NCBI GenBank assembly: GCA_976226885.1
Contig: OZ320313.1
Location: forward strand, 66,154,001 to 66,218,000
DNA length: 64,000 nucleotides
Origin: Iphione sp. A-MEVVRFRX5
Lineage: Eukaryota
Direction: 5' to 3'
The notes under the pieces are model-generated. The model was given only the letters and a program-made list of their open reading frames with translations, did not search any database and was not told where the DNA came from. This document shows, one piece after another, positions 1 through 13,009 of this stretch. Numbering within the stretch: position 1 is the first letter of the stretch; each line of letters opens with the position of its first letter. A program made the translations under genes and the position numbers.

Positions 1-3000
1 AGAAGTAATGGAGCCATAGCACACCTTCAGTCTTGTGGCTTCCTAGATGGCCTCCTATGGGTCCAGCATGCACCTGCTGCCAGAGCTGCTTCCTCAACTG
101 CTGGGGGATGTAGGCCTGTGTGAACTTGCTGCCGTTGTCTCTCTCCCTTCTTCTGCATAGAATGCCCCCTTTCAGCTCCAGTATAGGCCAATCACTGAGA
201 ATCTGTCGCTCCTCCCAGCTGCCCAGTCCTGGTGCTACTGAGCCCCTCTTCCTGCTTGGCCTGCCCGAGTGGAATTTCTGGCCGCATGGACGTTCCTTGC
301 AAAGCTGCTGCCTGATGCTCATCTTCTTCCTCTTCCCACCAGCCGCACCGAGGGCAGTCAATCCAAGACAGCCCCTCTGCATTGCCGTGTTTCTGGCCAA
401 TGCACAATGTCTAGGTCGTAGGTGTAAATCTCCTTCAACCAGCACGCAAGCTCTCCTTCAGGTTCCTTAAAGTTGCAGAGCCACCTGAGGGAGCCCAAGA
501 TGGGGGCCGAGGTCAGTTGTCTCTTCAGCTCCTGGTATGTGATTTCGCATGCATGGGTCCACTGATATTCCACCTCCTTCTGCAAAAGGTCACCACCGCA
601 AACCCAGCAATGAAGCCTCTGTAGTACGAGCAGATCCCAATGAAACTGCAAAGCTCAGTCAGGCACTTTGGTTGAGGCCATCCTTGTATTGCCACCACCT
701 TCTCTGGATCTGGGCCAACCCCATCTGCAGAGACTCAGTGTCCCAGGGAAGCCACTTCCTGCTGGAACAGCTGCCATTTGCTGGGCTTGACCTTGGGGTC
801 TGCATCTGCCAGATGGTTGAAAACCTCCTCCAGCCGTGCAGCCATCTCTTCGACATCTTTTCTGATGACAATCACGTCGTCAAGATAGATGAGGCAAATT
901 TGCCCCACCAATACCCGTAGCACTGCTTTCATCAGCTGTTTGAACATTGAAGGTGCATTGCAGAGACCGAAAGGCATTACGGTGAACTGGGGCTCCTGCC
1001 AAGGCATCCAGCATGTCGTCAATCTGCGGGAGGGGGTACGCATTCTTCTTGGTCACCCGGTTACGTCCTCGGTAATCAATGCAGAACCTTGACGTCCTGT
1101 CCTTTTTCTTCACCAGCACCACCAGAAAGGCCCAAGGACTAGTGGAAGGCTTGAGTACCCTCTTCCACAGCATCACGTTGATCTCCTTCTGGATGATCTC
1201 CCTCTTCTGCGGGGGCAGCCAACAAACCCACTGCCTGATGGGGGGCTGTACTTGAGTGTCGATAGCATGGGTAACCACTTCTGTGCATCCGAATGGCTCC
1301 CCCTCTAGCTGAAACACTCTGGCGTTCCTCTTCAGCATCTATGCTACAGTCCCCCGCTCTTCCTCCATGAGCTCACTTGGGAGCTCTGCCACTAGCTGCT
1401 CCACTGCCTCAGGAGCCGGACTGGACTGGTTGCCAGGGGGCTGCTCATTGACTTCTCGTACTGTGGAGGCTAGTCCCACCATGGTCCTCTGGAACATAGC
1501 TTGTGACTTCGTCCCCAGGTTGAACAACCTCACAATGCCTCAGCCTGAACCTGCAGCCCACAACACCCTGGCAACATGAATCCCGACCCTCAAACTCCTC
1601 CACGCCCTCCACCAGGATCTCACTGGCGGCCTCCGCACCCTGAGGCAACTCTGCCTATACATCTGTTGTGCTACCGCCTTCAATGTAGTATCCACTGCTA
1701 TCTGCACCCTGCAAGAATATGGTTGACCATCCTGTGGCAGCCGAATTCTAAGTGTGGGGCCCTGCATGTCCAGGAGTGCCTCCCACTCTGTGAGCATGTG
1801 CATGCCAAGAATTCCATCACAGTCGATGTTGGTGACCAAGGCGTTGACCTTCAAGGTAGGTACCGAGAAGTCCACATTGAGCTTAGTTCTTCCATTCACC
1901 TGTAGGGGGTTGCCATCCATACAGAGCACCCAACTGTGAACTTCCTGAGGATCTCCCATCTCGATGTCCTTGGCAACCTCATGACTCATCAGGGTGAGCA
2001 ATGCTCCGGTATCTACCAACCACCGCACTGATCTTCCATGTACCTGGCTAGACAGGATGATGTCCCGGTATGTGCTTGACAGATCCCCTTCCAACCGTAG
2101 TGCCTCGGTCTCTCTTATGCCGACTTGGATTTTCCGTAAATGTTCCTCAAGATGGAAACAGTTGTCTTCTTCCTGCAACATGGCTGCCTGCCCTATTGCT
2201 GAGGGATGGCCACCTCTGCATTTCCCAACAATGCTGCTGTGGCATCGCCCTTCCACTTCGGTCTTTCTTGAAGTGGCCAGGATCATCACACACAAAGCAG
2301 CCTTTCTTCTTCGGTGCCTGGCAGGGCTGGGCTGACTCATCCTGTTTCTTCAGCAACTGAGCCAGCAGCTCCTCAATCTTCTTCCAGGGCCCGTCTGCAG
2401 AGGGCCCTTTGGCTGGGGCCACCTCCGGCTGGTGTTCAGCCTTGTGCAGCTTCTGAGGGGCCTCCCTCCTACATCTGCTCCTGTAGTACAACTCAGCCAG
2501 CTGAGCTTCTGAGACAGTCTTCCAGAAAGTGGTGACCCGGGCCTGCATCACCCACTTACGCTCCTTCTCGTTGGCAAGAAGTACTCCTGGCACATGTGCT
2601 CCTTCCACTGGCCCATTGCCTTTGGGTAGGCTAAACTGACCAAACTCTTGATGTCATCAGCCAGGTCTGTGAGGCACTCCCCCTTCTTCTGGGGACGATG
2701 CTCCGCTGGCTGAAAGGGATCCTGGAGGACCTTCACTATCTTCTCATAAGATCCCTCCTTAGTCATGTCAACCTGCGCATTCCTGAGAGCTGTATGCGCT
2801 GACTTCTACAGGGCAACTCCAAGCTGCACAGCCTTCTCTTGCCCATCCCATCCATTAGCTGTAGCCACCAGCTGGTAGTGATGTAGGAAGTCCGGCAGGG
2901 AAGTGGTCCCATCAGAGGTGTCCGCCTTGATGGCCGTCCTCCTTGATGGCCGTTCTCCTTGGGCATTCACATGGGAGCATAACCCAACACAACTCCTCCA

Positions 3001-3543
3001 TTAATCCATGCATTGCTGGGTCCTCAGCCCCTGGGCTGGGATGGACTGACTCCTCTTCCTCTCCCACTGAGTCCTCCTCGCTCTTGGATGATTCCGGGGA
3101 CTCTTCAGTCAGTTGAGGTCTTGACCCTGGTTGTGGCGTTGACGTCCTGACCATTTGAAGCACCCGCATGGGCCCTCCCTTGCCAGTGCCGATCGCCATG
3201 TGGGAATCTATTCGCTGCTCCGCCACTGCAACTTTCCCAAAGGATGACTCTTGTCCTCCCAGGGAACTGTGCTGCTCCACACCGTGTGGTCCCCAAGGAC
3301 CCTGCTCCACCCTATGCAGTCCTGTCTCCTCTCCCTGGCCTGGGAGAGCTCTGCTTCATGTGGTTCTGCCTGGTGTTGGTCAATGCTGTGTGGTTCTACT
3401 TGGTGTGGTCTCAGCTTGTGCAGTTCCAACAGAACCACATGATGTGGTTCCAGGTCAAATGATCTCAACTTGGTGAGGTTCTGACTCATGCAGTTCTTGG
3501 GGTTCCGCACTAGTGGAGCAGTGAATCCCACCGCTGCCACCAA
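1..3543 (-). mobile_element. Decayed Ty3/Gypsy LTR retrotransposon (Gypsy-1), internal region gag-PR-RT-RH-IN; continues past the window start
   Basis: Frameshifted minus-strand ORF fragments in Gypsy order: gag with a degenerate zinc knuckle (CFVCDDPGHFKKDR, ~2257-2298); aspartic protease (RWLVDTGA, ORF 1540-2340); RT ([37 protein letters not shown]; ORFs 880-1338 and 735-1043); RNase H remnant (ORF 358-651); integrase Zn-binding start (QVHAGPIGGHLG..KT, my translation of ~1-120). Confidence 0.95.
3523..3542 (-). promoter_or_regulatory. Primer-binding site of Gypsy-1, complementary to the tRNA-Leu 3' end
   Basis: The + strand reads GAATCCCACCGCTGCCACCA, which I recognise as the 3' end of metazoan tRNA-Leu(AAG/TAG) plus CCA. 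It lies 1 nt from TG at 3544, the CA end of the 5' LTR on the minus strand. Confidence 0.85.
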
Positions 3544-3770
3544 TGTTATGACTAGATCTCAACATACTGATGTCCACTCCAGAAGGTTAAGTTTAAGATG
3601 TTTAGTCAATGAAGTGTAAACCTCAACTGACATTGAGCTCCACATGGCGACTCTATTTATACACAAATGTTATGTGCAGAGCCAACTAACTAGAACCACT
3701 CACGAGGAGCAACTAAAAACAGCTCGTGTGGAGCAATAATGGTAAGGTTCCAAATTATGTACAACACATG
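3544..3770 (-). repeat. 5' LTR of Gypsy-1 (outer boundary uncertain)
   Basis: Ends in ..TAACA next to the PBS. TATA-like TATAAATAG on the minus strand at ~3653-3661. The second LTR is not in the window, so the outer end cannot be fixed. Confidence 0.55.
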
Positions 3771-3858
3771 CAGAGTGAGTCAGCACTGCTCCGCTACAAT
3801 AGGAAATGCTGCACAGGATGGCTCAAGCTGCTCAAGCTTCCCATGCCTACCATGATAT

Positions 3859-4279
3859 TGTAACATGTGAGTGTCTAAGTGAGCTCTGATTTGTGAAGAG
3901 TTGAACAGAAAACAGTAATAAAGAATCTGGTTCACTCCAAATACACCAAAATAGCTGTGCATGAGGTGATCTTTCTCATGTGTGCAAGGAGAAAGGGTTT
4001 GTTTATATAGAAAGAACATGGAAACCTATATACTACAGTGTTACATAACAATTACTCAAAATAGAATATTGTTTAGACATATGTCTAGTCTGGAGGAATC
4101 TGCGTAATACCTACTCCTGCTGCATCATAGATTACATCTATGCAGTTCCCCTACTACACAATAACTATCTGCACAATACAATCTGTGCCGAGACCATCCG
4201 AAACGCATCAACTGACAGGGATCACCTGAAATGGATTACCCCAAGCCAGATTGTATGCTACATACATGCACACACTACA
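3859..4279 (-). mobile_element. Solo LTR, family A copy 1
   Basis: TGT...ACA termini; ATAT duplicated at 3855-3858 and 4280-4283; homologous in reverse complement to 41282-41679. Confidence 0.85.
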
Positions 4280-6833
4280 ATATTAAAGTGAAATACCATC
4301 TTCTTTTCCATGATGATGTCCGCTTCACTATGGATGCTTTGCATTTTCTGTATAAACATTTGACTCCTGCCATGGTAAGTTCAATTTCCGTCAAAGACAG
4401 CATTTTCTCAGGCTTTAGTTCCCGTGAAAATGCTTCTTACTTTGTGGTGAATGGCAGTACTTATTCCCCAGAGTGACATGCTTTACCCTTTTAGAAAGTG
4501 TGCAGCCTGTGGTCTTAGTGACAGCAAATCGGTGTATAGAGAGGACAAAGTCTCTCTTGGACAAACATTGTGCATGTGACAGAGATAAGAGACTTGAAGA
4601 AATAGGGTGTGCTTTCTCAGGCCATTGTCAAAAAACTATAACAGTTAAAACAAACTGGTTTGACATATGTGTAGCTAAGATATTTTGAAATGTGTTGTGC
4701 GAACAATTTCTCTCAAGAATTGATGAAACTAGCACTATGGAAAGAGAGGGGTTTTAAGGTGGGACTCATTGCTGACACTTGAATGTTTGGGTGCACCTAA
4801 CTACTCATGCCTGCCATCTAGCATGAATCGATGAGTTCATTGAATGACTGGATCTTCCAATAAAAGGTGAAGACGTGTTTTTCAGTGAAATCACTTTTGC
4901 TTGTTTGGCAGTTTAGCCCTGTTGTCGTGGTTGTTTCTTTGTGAAATACTGGATGTATACGTATGACTGCACAATCAACAGCACTATCTCAGTTACCGAT
5001 GGGGTTTTTGTTATTTCTTTACAAATTTATATTGTCAATGTAGCCGTTTGTACTCTTTGTCAACCAGTCATGCTATTTGTTATTCTATCATTCCAGAATT
5101 AACCATCTACTCTACCCCCTAACCCTCACTGAGTAACTGAAGATGACAGAAGCTTTCTATCGTTCCAGTTTGTTCAAACTACACATGCATGTATACCATA
5201 CACATCCTACCCTGCTCGATGACGGTGGTCAGACACTCCATGTAGCACTTTCTGTTATAAGGATATAGATAAAACGATGAACTTCATGTTATAGAAAACA
5301 ATACACACAGTATTATCACTCCCGTACCATAGCATCATGTACTTCCCAAAGCAGCTATTCTCATATAACTGATAAACCGTCAGGAATAGAAAATCTTATG
5401 GAGGGGAACGACTACACTGTAAACCCTATCAACTAGGTTCTATTTGAACAATAATCGATGTGTTTTATTGATTTGGAAGTCCACATCTATTCCTTACTCT
5501 TCTCACAACTATTGATAGTACTGCTATCTATCGTTCTTCAGAGTAAGCAATCTGAATCAGGGAGAATTAAGTTAATTGGAACAAGTTGATACCACCATAA
5601 TTGATTTGCTTCATCCGCTACTTGCAGTAGCCGACCTACAGACGTATAAAGTTTGAAATCTAATGCCAATGGTTTTCATGAGGTGCATGTGAATATTGTA
5701 GTTTGTAACTGAGTTCAGTAAAGTACTAAGTCTCTCAGTCCTGGTTTCAAGTCTGTGTATTAGCATCACAGGATCCATAGTCACATGACTAACCACAGGT
5801 GTGACCTATCAGAATCAAGTATACCACATATTTGCTACATTGTACCCACTTAACTTCAGTATGGCATGTTTTAGATACATTGTATCAAATTGATAACACT
5901 CTTACCCAACCAGAATCCTTTACATTGCTACAAATTAACCTTCTCCACATTTGTACTACTGGTACCAAACAACTGACTAATCAGGACTTAGGAGCTAATG
6001 TACATGGGAACATTATTCAAACCAGGGGCCCTGGTGCCACCACTCGAGGGATCCCCTCCTTTTATGGAAATAGCTGAACGTTGTATAGAAGGGCCCTTAG
6101 CAGTGGTGCCATAGTTTCACAATCAGTTGACTCCAAACTATATACTTTTTATCCAAATGTAGGTGGTGCCAATATCTGAGTATCCGGTAACCCGACTGAC
6201 CATATATTAGAGACTATTGTGACTTTTTATTTTTTTTGTTTTTTGAATAACTTTAGAAAGAATAATGATACAGACATGTTCTGTACATCAAATTGTTCCT
6301 TTGTTACTGTCTTGGAATAAGGCTTATTAAAATCTAATTAGCAAAAGCAACATTACCATACACATCTGTTACTTGATGCATCCTTTTACATTGAAAATTA
6401 AAGAAAAAGAAAAAATGTGACCTACTGACTTAAGGTAGTAACTCTTCTACAATATTAAACATACAAACTGATGCTTGTCCTGTGTGAACAAACACTTTGG
6501 TCATTACATGGATGTTAGAATGGTTTCAGGTTGGCAATGGCCAATCAGTGAGGGCGGGAATCAATAATGGTGCAGATTCATTATGGACTAAATCGCTAAG
6601 TCAGGAGATCATAAAGGTGCGAATCATGCAGTATCCAAGTCAAAGCATTCATCATATTTAGTAGGATTCTGGGTAGAATTTTCTGTATCTTTAGAAATAT
6701 CTTGCTCTCTTTCTAGTGAGGTAGAAACAAAACAAGGGCAATATCTTAGAAAATTGTGAAAAAAGGTTTTGCATTATATACAATCGAACCTTGTTAACTG
6801 GACATCATCTGTTTGGATTTTTGTGTTCAGATA

Positions 6834-7018
6834 CAGGGCTGGGCAATTGTCGCTATGTCGCAAATAATATGCGACAGAGACATTAAAAAATGCGACAAAC
6901 TTCTTTTGCTTTACACTAATGTTCCAGAATAAGAACTTTAAACTTTTGAAAAATTAAAGTGTTTTTGCCACACAGATGTTAAAAAATGTGACAACTTTTC
7001 TTTGGGTGCCCAGCCCTG
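6834..7018. mobile_element. MITE with CAGGGCTGGGCA TIRs and a 5-bp TSD
   Basis: 12-bp perfect TIRs; AGATA at 6829-6833 and 7019-7023. Confidence 0.8.
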
Positions 7019-7115
7019 AGATAACACATTTTAAGATACATTAGTTCTTCAAGCTGTGCATGGTTAATGCATATTGTGGTTAATGAGTCTCCAGATGCTA
7101 CGGTTCGGCTTTATA

Positions 7116-7588
7116 CAGAGGATATTCCAAAACCGAACATTCAAAAACTGAATTTTCCAAAATCTGAACACTTTGCCCTGCAACAAATCATTTTACTCTA
7201 TGTTGCTAGATCATATAGCTGAAATGTTCAATTTCCGAATGTGCGTGCTTTCATTTGGTACAAATGTATTGAAATTTGGAAAACCAAATATAAATCAAAT
7301 GGATAGCTATTCATTAAAGAGCTCACACCCCCTCAAGGTGTCGGCCACCCGTCGCCGCTCTCCACCAAGTTTGTTATCTACTCATTGACGAGTTTGTTCT
7401 GAATTTAGGATGGATTTAACTGGGTTTCACTGGTTTTGAGATGCATTTGGCTAATTTTTGCTGAAGTTTGGATGAATTTGCCTGAGTTTTGCTGATTTTC
7501 GGATGACTTTGGCCACTATTCGAAATCCGAAATATCAGAAATGCAGATTTTCTGAAACGGCCCTTGTTCGGGTTTTGAATATCCTCTG
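7116..7588. mobile_element. Tc1/mariner-type MITE (TA TSD)
   Basis: TIR CAGAGGATATTCCAAAACCGAACA versus TGTTCGGGTTTTGAATATCCTCTG, flanked by TA on both sides. Confidence 0.8.
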
Positions 7589-8030
7589 TACATTATTTGG
7601 TAAAAAGATATACACTCACATTGTAAACAGATGGACCCTTGAGTCAAGGAGAGAATCTCACTTGACGATGTTCAGTATACCTAGATTTACAATAACGTAC
7701 CCATCACTTTTGGGAAGGATGTTGTCTGTTCCATTACTAACAGCCAATCAGTACATGCGGCACAAAAATGCACCCCTGACAAACATCCGGCATCTGGCCA
7801 GTATTAAAAAAACTGCAAAAGGTAGGATGAAATGGTTTGGGCCATGTTTAGATGATATATTACAGATAAGACTTTCAAAGCTTTAGAAATTTCTGTATAG
7901 AATTGACAAAACAGCAACTTTGAAAAGTTAACACTTTAAGGTGGCTCACACCTAGACTTATCAGAGGAGTCAATTCTTCCTTTGGATCAGAAAATAATAA
8001 AAGCTATGTCAGAGGAAATACCTTTAATAT

Positions 8031-8491
8031 TGTAATGTGAACTTGGTCTCTGATAAGGAAAGCAACATGAAATAATGACAATGATCATAAAATATCTGGT
8101 TTACTCCAAATGCAGAAAGTAACCTGCTGAAGTGTGACTCTCTTAGAGTGCAATTGAGACAATAACTCTTTATTTAGTGGAAAAGTACATCCTTATATAC
8201 TCTTAGAACAAGTCATATGATATGAAAATTACATAAGAGCATTTTAAAATAGTATCTAGACATACATCTGGACTTCCTGCTAAAAATGACTCTTGCAACC
8301 ATCATGATTGGTTACTCAGTTAAAGTTACCAGAGTGGTTACCTTAGTGATCATGTGACCACTGCAGGTGCACTCTTACACAATACCAAATGACCCTATTA
8401 CATAATAGAAATCAACTACTATGCCTATTCTTGACACATACTCTAACCACGTGGTGGGGAACTAGCAGATGGCAAACATGTCTCCACTACA
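8031..8491 (-). mobile_element. Solo LTR, family B copy 1
   Basis: TGT...ACA termini; flanks ATAT/ATAC (4-bp TSD with one mismatch); reverse-complement homologue of 20799-21303; TATATAA and AATAAA on the minus strand. Confidence 0.8.
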
Positions 8492-8520
8492 ATACAGTGG
8501 AGACCCTGATAACGGATGCC

Positions 8521-9005
8521 CGGGCACAGCGGACGACCCCTACAGCGGACGCCCTGGCACCAGTCCCATACAAAAACCCTCTATATTTTGTTTAATGGTG
8601 CCCAGGCACAGCGGACACTCAGGACAGCAGACACCCCACCTGTGGACAGTCCCAGGACAGTCCCTAACCCTCATTTTACTGTGTCTACAGTGGACAGACA
8701 CCCTGGAGAAGGCCTGTCATCCACTCCTTTGATGAGTCCCCACACCTGGGAGAGGTGGGACCCTGTCCTGACACTCTGGAGGAGGCCTGCCGCCCACCCC
8801 TTTGATGAGTCCCCACACCTGGGAGAGGCCTGAGCTTGCCTTGACACCCTGGAGGCGGCCTGTCATCCACTCCTTTGATGAATCCCCACACCGAGGAGAG
8901 GTGTAATTTTACTGTGTCTACAGCGAACAGATACCCTGGAGAAGGACTTGGTAGCTCGGACACAGCGGACACCCCCAACAGCGGACGTCCTGGCGCCAGT
9001 CCCAT
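8521..9005. repeat. Mosaic direct-repeat (minisatellite-like) block
   Basis: Three interleaved units: ACAGCGGAC..GGC(A/G)CCAGTCCCAT at both ends; TTTACTGTGTCTACAG..ACCCTGGAGAAGG x2; CCTTTGATGA(G/A)TCCCCACACC x3. Confidence 0.8.
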
Positions 9006-11529
9006 CAATGTCTGTTGTGAAGGGGTTCCACTGTATCTTTTTTATCCATTTATTCCTAGTTGTGATAACCTCGAGCTTGTCTATGTTTGAAGTGCATGTC
9101 TGTAATGTTTCAGAGTAGGTGGCAGCTATCCCTGCAAATGTGCTTGTTAAATTGGATCATCCATGAAAATTTCAGGTGAGTTTACAGTTGTTTCAGATTT
9201 ATGGAGAGTTCCTGAGAAAGATTTTGTCTTAATTCTTCTACAAAGTATGCTAGCCAAGGTGTTCTATCCCACTGGGTGAGTTGGGTGGAACTACCGGGCT
9301 CACTTGCACAGGAGAAAACTGCTATATGAGGGACTGTGCATGGGAGCTCTTTGTCATTCGCATTCTGACTTTCAAGCAATAAACTTCTCAAAGTTAAGCT
9401 GGCTGAGTCATGCCTCTTCGTTTGGGATGTAACAATATAATGGATATCGTTTGTGAGATTGAAAGGTTTGTCTTGAATATTATGACACACTGATGACTCT
9501 TCTGTTTAGCTTGTGTATCAATGATGCAGTTGTTGAGGTCTAAAAAACTAAAGTAGCGTAATAATGCACAGGTGGAAGTGCATTACATGATTAATTCCGA
9601 AATATGGTGGTAGCGTTGGAGAGATGAATAATGTAATCAGCATCCCATTTAGGCACCGAACTAATCCATGCAGTAAAAATCCCCAGGGAAGCCTTGCTCA
9701 ATTCTATTCTTGGTACTGATACGTTATCAGGCCTCCGCCTAGCCCGTTGAGTTGGTGGGTAGAGAATGCATACCTGTATATGACATTTGAAAATTCTTGA
9801 GTGCCGGTCCCGTGACCTAAATCATTTTGTCCGTTCAGTCCATGGAGGTTATACGATATGCGTTTGGTCTTACGGACATGTTCAGATTAATTTGTCTCGA
9901 GTAAGTTCGCCGGAGTGTTCACAATACCAATGCATCTTCAACGTCTATGGCTATTGATGTAATGTCTGATCCTGGAAATCGTTCTTTGTTGAAAGACGGT
10001 TGTGAACAATTAAATTGCTATAATTCAAATCTATCTTGGAGTCTATAAGATATCTATATCTATATCTATAAGATATGTGGGATATGAACCAGTGATTTTT
10101 ATACAGTAGACACACAGGTCCACAATAAATACTAGTAGAAGTGGAGGTATGCTTTAGTGCGAAATTCATGCTTTGCTGCCACAATGGTGTATTCGTTGCC
10201 TAAGGCTGGCATTCTATGCATACGGAAATTTTTCTGTACAGCATAGTTCATCTGGAAATTCGGCCAATTTTCTAGACCCTCCAGACAGGTGCTTTCCATG
10301 TATATGTGTGCATGCATGCATACGTGCATGTGTGCATCAGAGAGAGAGAAATTGTGCAGTTTTTTGTGGAGGTTGAGGCATATCGGTGGAAATTGTGTAG
10401 TTTTTAGGAAAAATGATATGCAAATTATAAAATATTTCACAACATCTAACACATGTTACAGTGTTTCTCCTTGAAACACCTATTTCAGTATGCTACTTGT
10501 CCCTATGGGTCTCCAGAGTCAGGGAAATAGGTAAATTTACAGCGCAGGTCCATTTTCCACCTCCAAACATGGAGCATGGAGCATGGAGCACTGACACATG
10601 GTAACCCTCTGAGCTTGTTTTTTCTGGAGCACGGAGTCCATGCTCTGGAGACAATTTCCATATGCATGGAAAGCCAGCCTAAATCACAGAATCACTGTGG
10701 GATGAAAGCTTTGTGGCAGCTGGAAATAGGTGTACCTCAGTCGGATACAAAGACACAGACGTCATGGACGCACTTTTAAGATAAGCCCTTCACACCAGTA
10801 GTCGGTCGCCCGTTTGACAAGGGAGAGCAGTATGTCACATTCCTACAGATCCAATCTCAGTCCCATTGCATACAGATAATATCGCTTCTTTAATCTTTTA
10901 ACCTATCTGACTCTTTTATTTTGTGATATGTATTGCAACAGTTGATCGAGTACACCACACCAATTAGGTACCGTGAAGCTTCTTTTATCTTAGGAAAGAT
11001 CATCTGACAAGGTTTTAAGTAAAACAGCAGACGTCTGGCGGAATACAATAAACAGTTGAAAGACTAAGTCTTACAGTTATATCAATCAACAAATATACGT
11101 ATATTATCCTCAGGGCATTAGCTAACAACTATATGTGAGTGGCTGCATCACACACTGCATGCAGAGGTCACAGTGGCTGCAAAATCTGAACTTGCCTAAC
11201 ATACATACAAACACACACAGATACTGTATCTGATTTTCTCTGTCTCTGACAACTACACCCACTTACACACATTAACATACATGCCAACACATGTGTAGAG
11301 TTTGACATGTATGTGGATATACCATACTTACATGTTTGCTCTGAGAAATGTAAATCTGGTATGCTGCAAGCATGGAGCTGCACTGTCTGGAGTTTTAAGA
11401 AACAATTCCTTCAGAATGTAAACATACATGAAGTTGATTAAGGTACAACTGGTTGGTATATATGAATACAAGGCACTCAGAAGCACAATGTAATGTTATC
11501 GTCTCTCTTTTTTTCTTTTCGACCACTAC

Positions 11530-12960
11530 TTCTCAACTCGGAGTCACCAGTGTGGGCGTGTGGTCGTTATGAGAGGTGAGGGTTTCGCTTTCCTCGGGGA
11601 TCGTATGGGTGTGAATGAAGCACCTCTTATCTCGGGGCGTCCTCGAGTCGTGAAGATCTTCTTCGTCTGCTGCCCGTACTGATTCCAGTCTCGGGCTTTC
11701 AACCCGATGATTCCCTTCTTCGATAGGGACCAATAAAGCTTTGCAACAGGTTACACGTCCCGTGTTGCTTTATTCTAAGCGTTCAGAGAGCACTTAGTCG
11801 GTTTCTTCGAATGGTATGGTATGCTGGCGGAAACGAGGAACACTAAAACCGAGGATAAGTTTTACAGAGGGCTTTATTCCGAGCACATCAGAGGGATGAT
11901 ACTCTCCTCCCTTGACAGCGGCTTATGGATGACAGATCAGTGGCAGAGCTGAGCTTACATATCGGGGAGAATTGCGAGCTTGCGAGCCAGACCAGAGCCT
12001 GTGGGTTCGAACATCTGGACGGTGAGCTAGAGTCCTTCTGGATGCGGAGTCCTTCCTAGTGAGCAGGTGCTTGCTGAAGATTGCGAGGCGGACGACTCCT
12101 CCAGCAGGATTCTGGTCTGAGCTCAGCCGCTTCTTAGACCTCAGATGGTAACTGGTCACTCGTCACTCTTCTGTCTCTGGCTCCCTTGGGGATGTGGAGC
12201 TCTTTCTTATATACAAACTCTGTCCCAAGCCCTTACTTCCCATTGGCTGAAAAGGGACTATTCCGATTGGAGGATTGGGAGAGGGGACTCTTCCCATTGG
12301 CTCACATAAGTAAGCACTGCACGGGAGGTCCCAAAAGATCAAAGGGATTCCAGGAAAAGACAAATGAGGGCCCTAAGAATTGCACAATCTTCTGACGAAG
12401 ATTGATGAGAGTCATAAACGTCAGCTTAAGCTAAAAGGGGACCCAAAACTGTCATGTTGGTCATAACACTTGGTTTATGGGCAGGGAAACTAACTAGATG
12501 GATAATGAGAAAGGGCCCAGCCTCTTTGAAGGGGCCGGGGTCCGAGCTCAGCTCATTCGGGGAGGAATTCGGACCGGAGTTACACAGGCGGGAATTTGGC
12601 AGGTATGCCTTGAGACCTATAAACAGGGCCATAAAAAGGGGAGAAGTATTCCTCACCTGTCGGATCCCTCTCAGATTGAGTCATGGCAGGGTGTAAGTTC
12701 TCTTTGATCTAGTAACTGCTCTTCAGGTGGGCTTGCGAAAGAGGGGTATTGCTCATTCCTGCCTGGATTGCTTCGAGTTGCGTCATGAAATGTTGGAAAC
12801 TTGCTGGCTATGCATTTGAAAAGGGACGTTAGTGTTCCCGAGATAAGGAAAGGCCGGATGGGTATACTGGGTATGCCGAGTTAGCCTGGAGGGTTTGGGC
12901 ATGGTCGGTCCAGTTTTTGCGATGGAGTCGATCTTTAAGGGAGTCGTTGATCTAACAACA
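11530..12960 (-). mobile_element. LTR-like element of about 1.4 kb with a strong Pol II promoter; internal genes absent
   Basis: TGTTG (11763) and CAACA (12956-12960) termini. On the minus strand: several CCAAT boxes (~12240-12300), TATATAA (~12206-12212), AATAAA signals (~11770, ~11875) and a TGGTCC PBS-like motif (~11722-11732). CpG-rich. No TSD found. Confidence 0.5.
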
Positions 12961-13009
12961 AAAAAGTACAGTTACAAGCAACAAAGCAAAATAACAAACT
13001 AAAAAATAA

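Noticed and set aside
120-3476. Many + strand ORFs over Gypsy-1, and - strand ORFs over Gypsy-2
   Set aside because: Antisense or off-frame shadows of GC-rich retroelement coding sequence; no independent motifs.
8685-8900. Repeated CCTTTGATGAGTCCCCACACC units as a CRISPR-like array
   Set aside because: The spacers are mutually similar and irregular, there are no cas genes, and the context is eukaryotic.
8469-9090. Overlapping ORFs of 70-107 aa
   Set aside because: They arise from the GC-rich repeat block, and the translations show only repeat periodicity.
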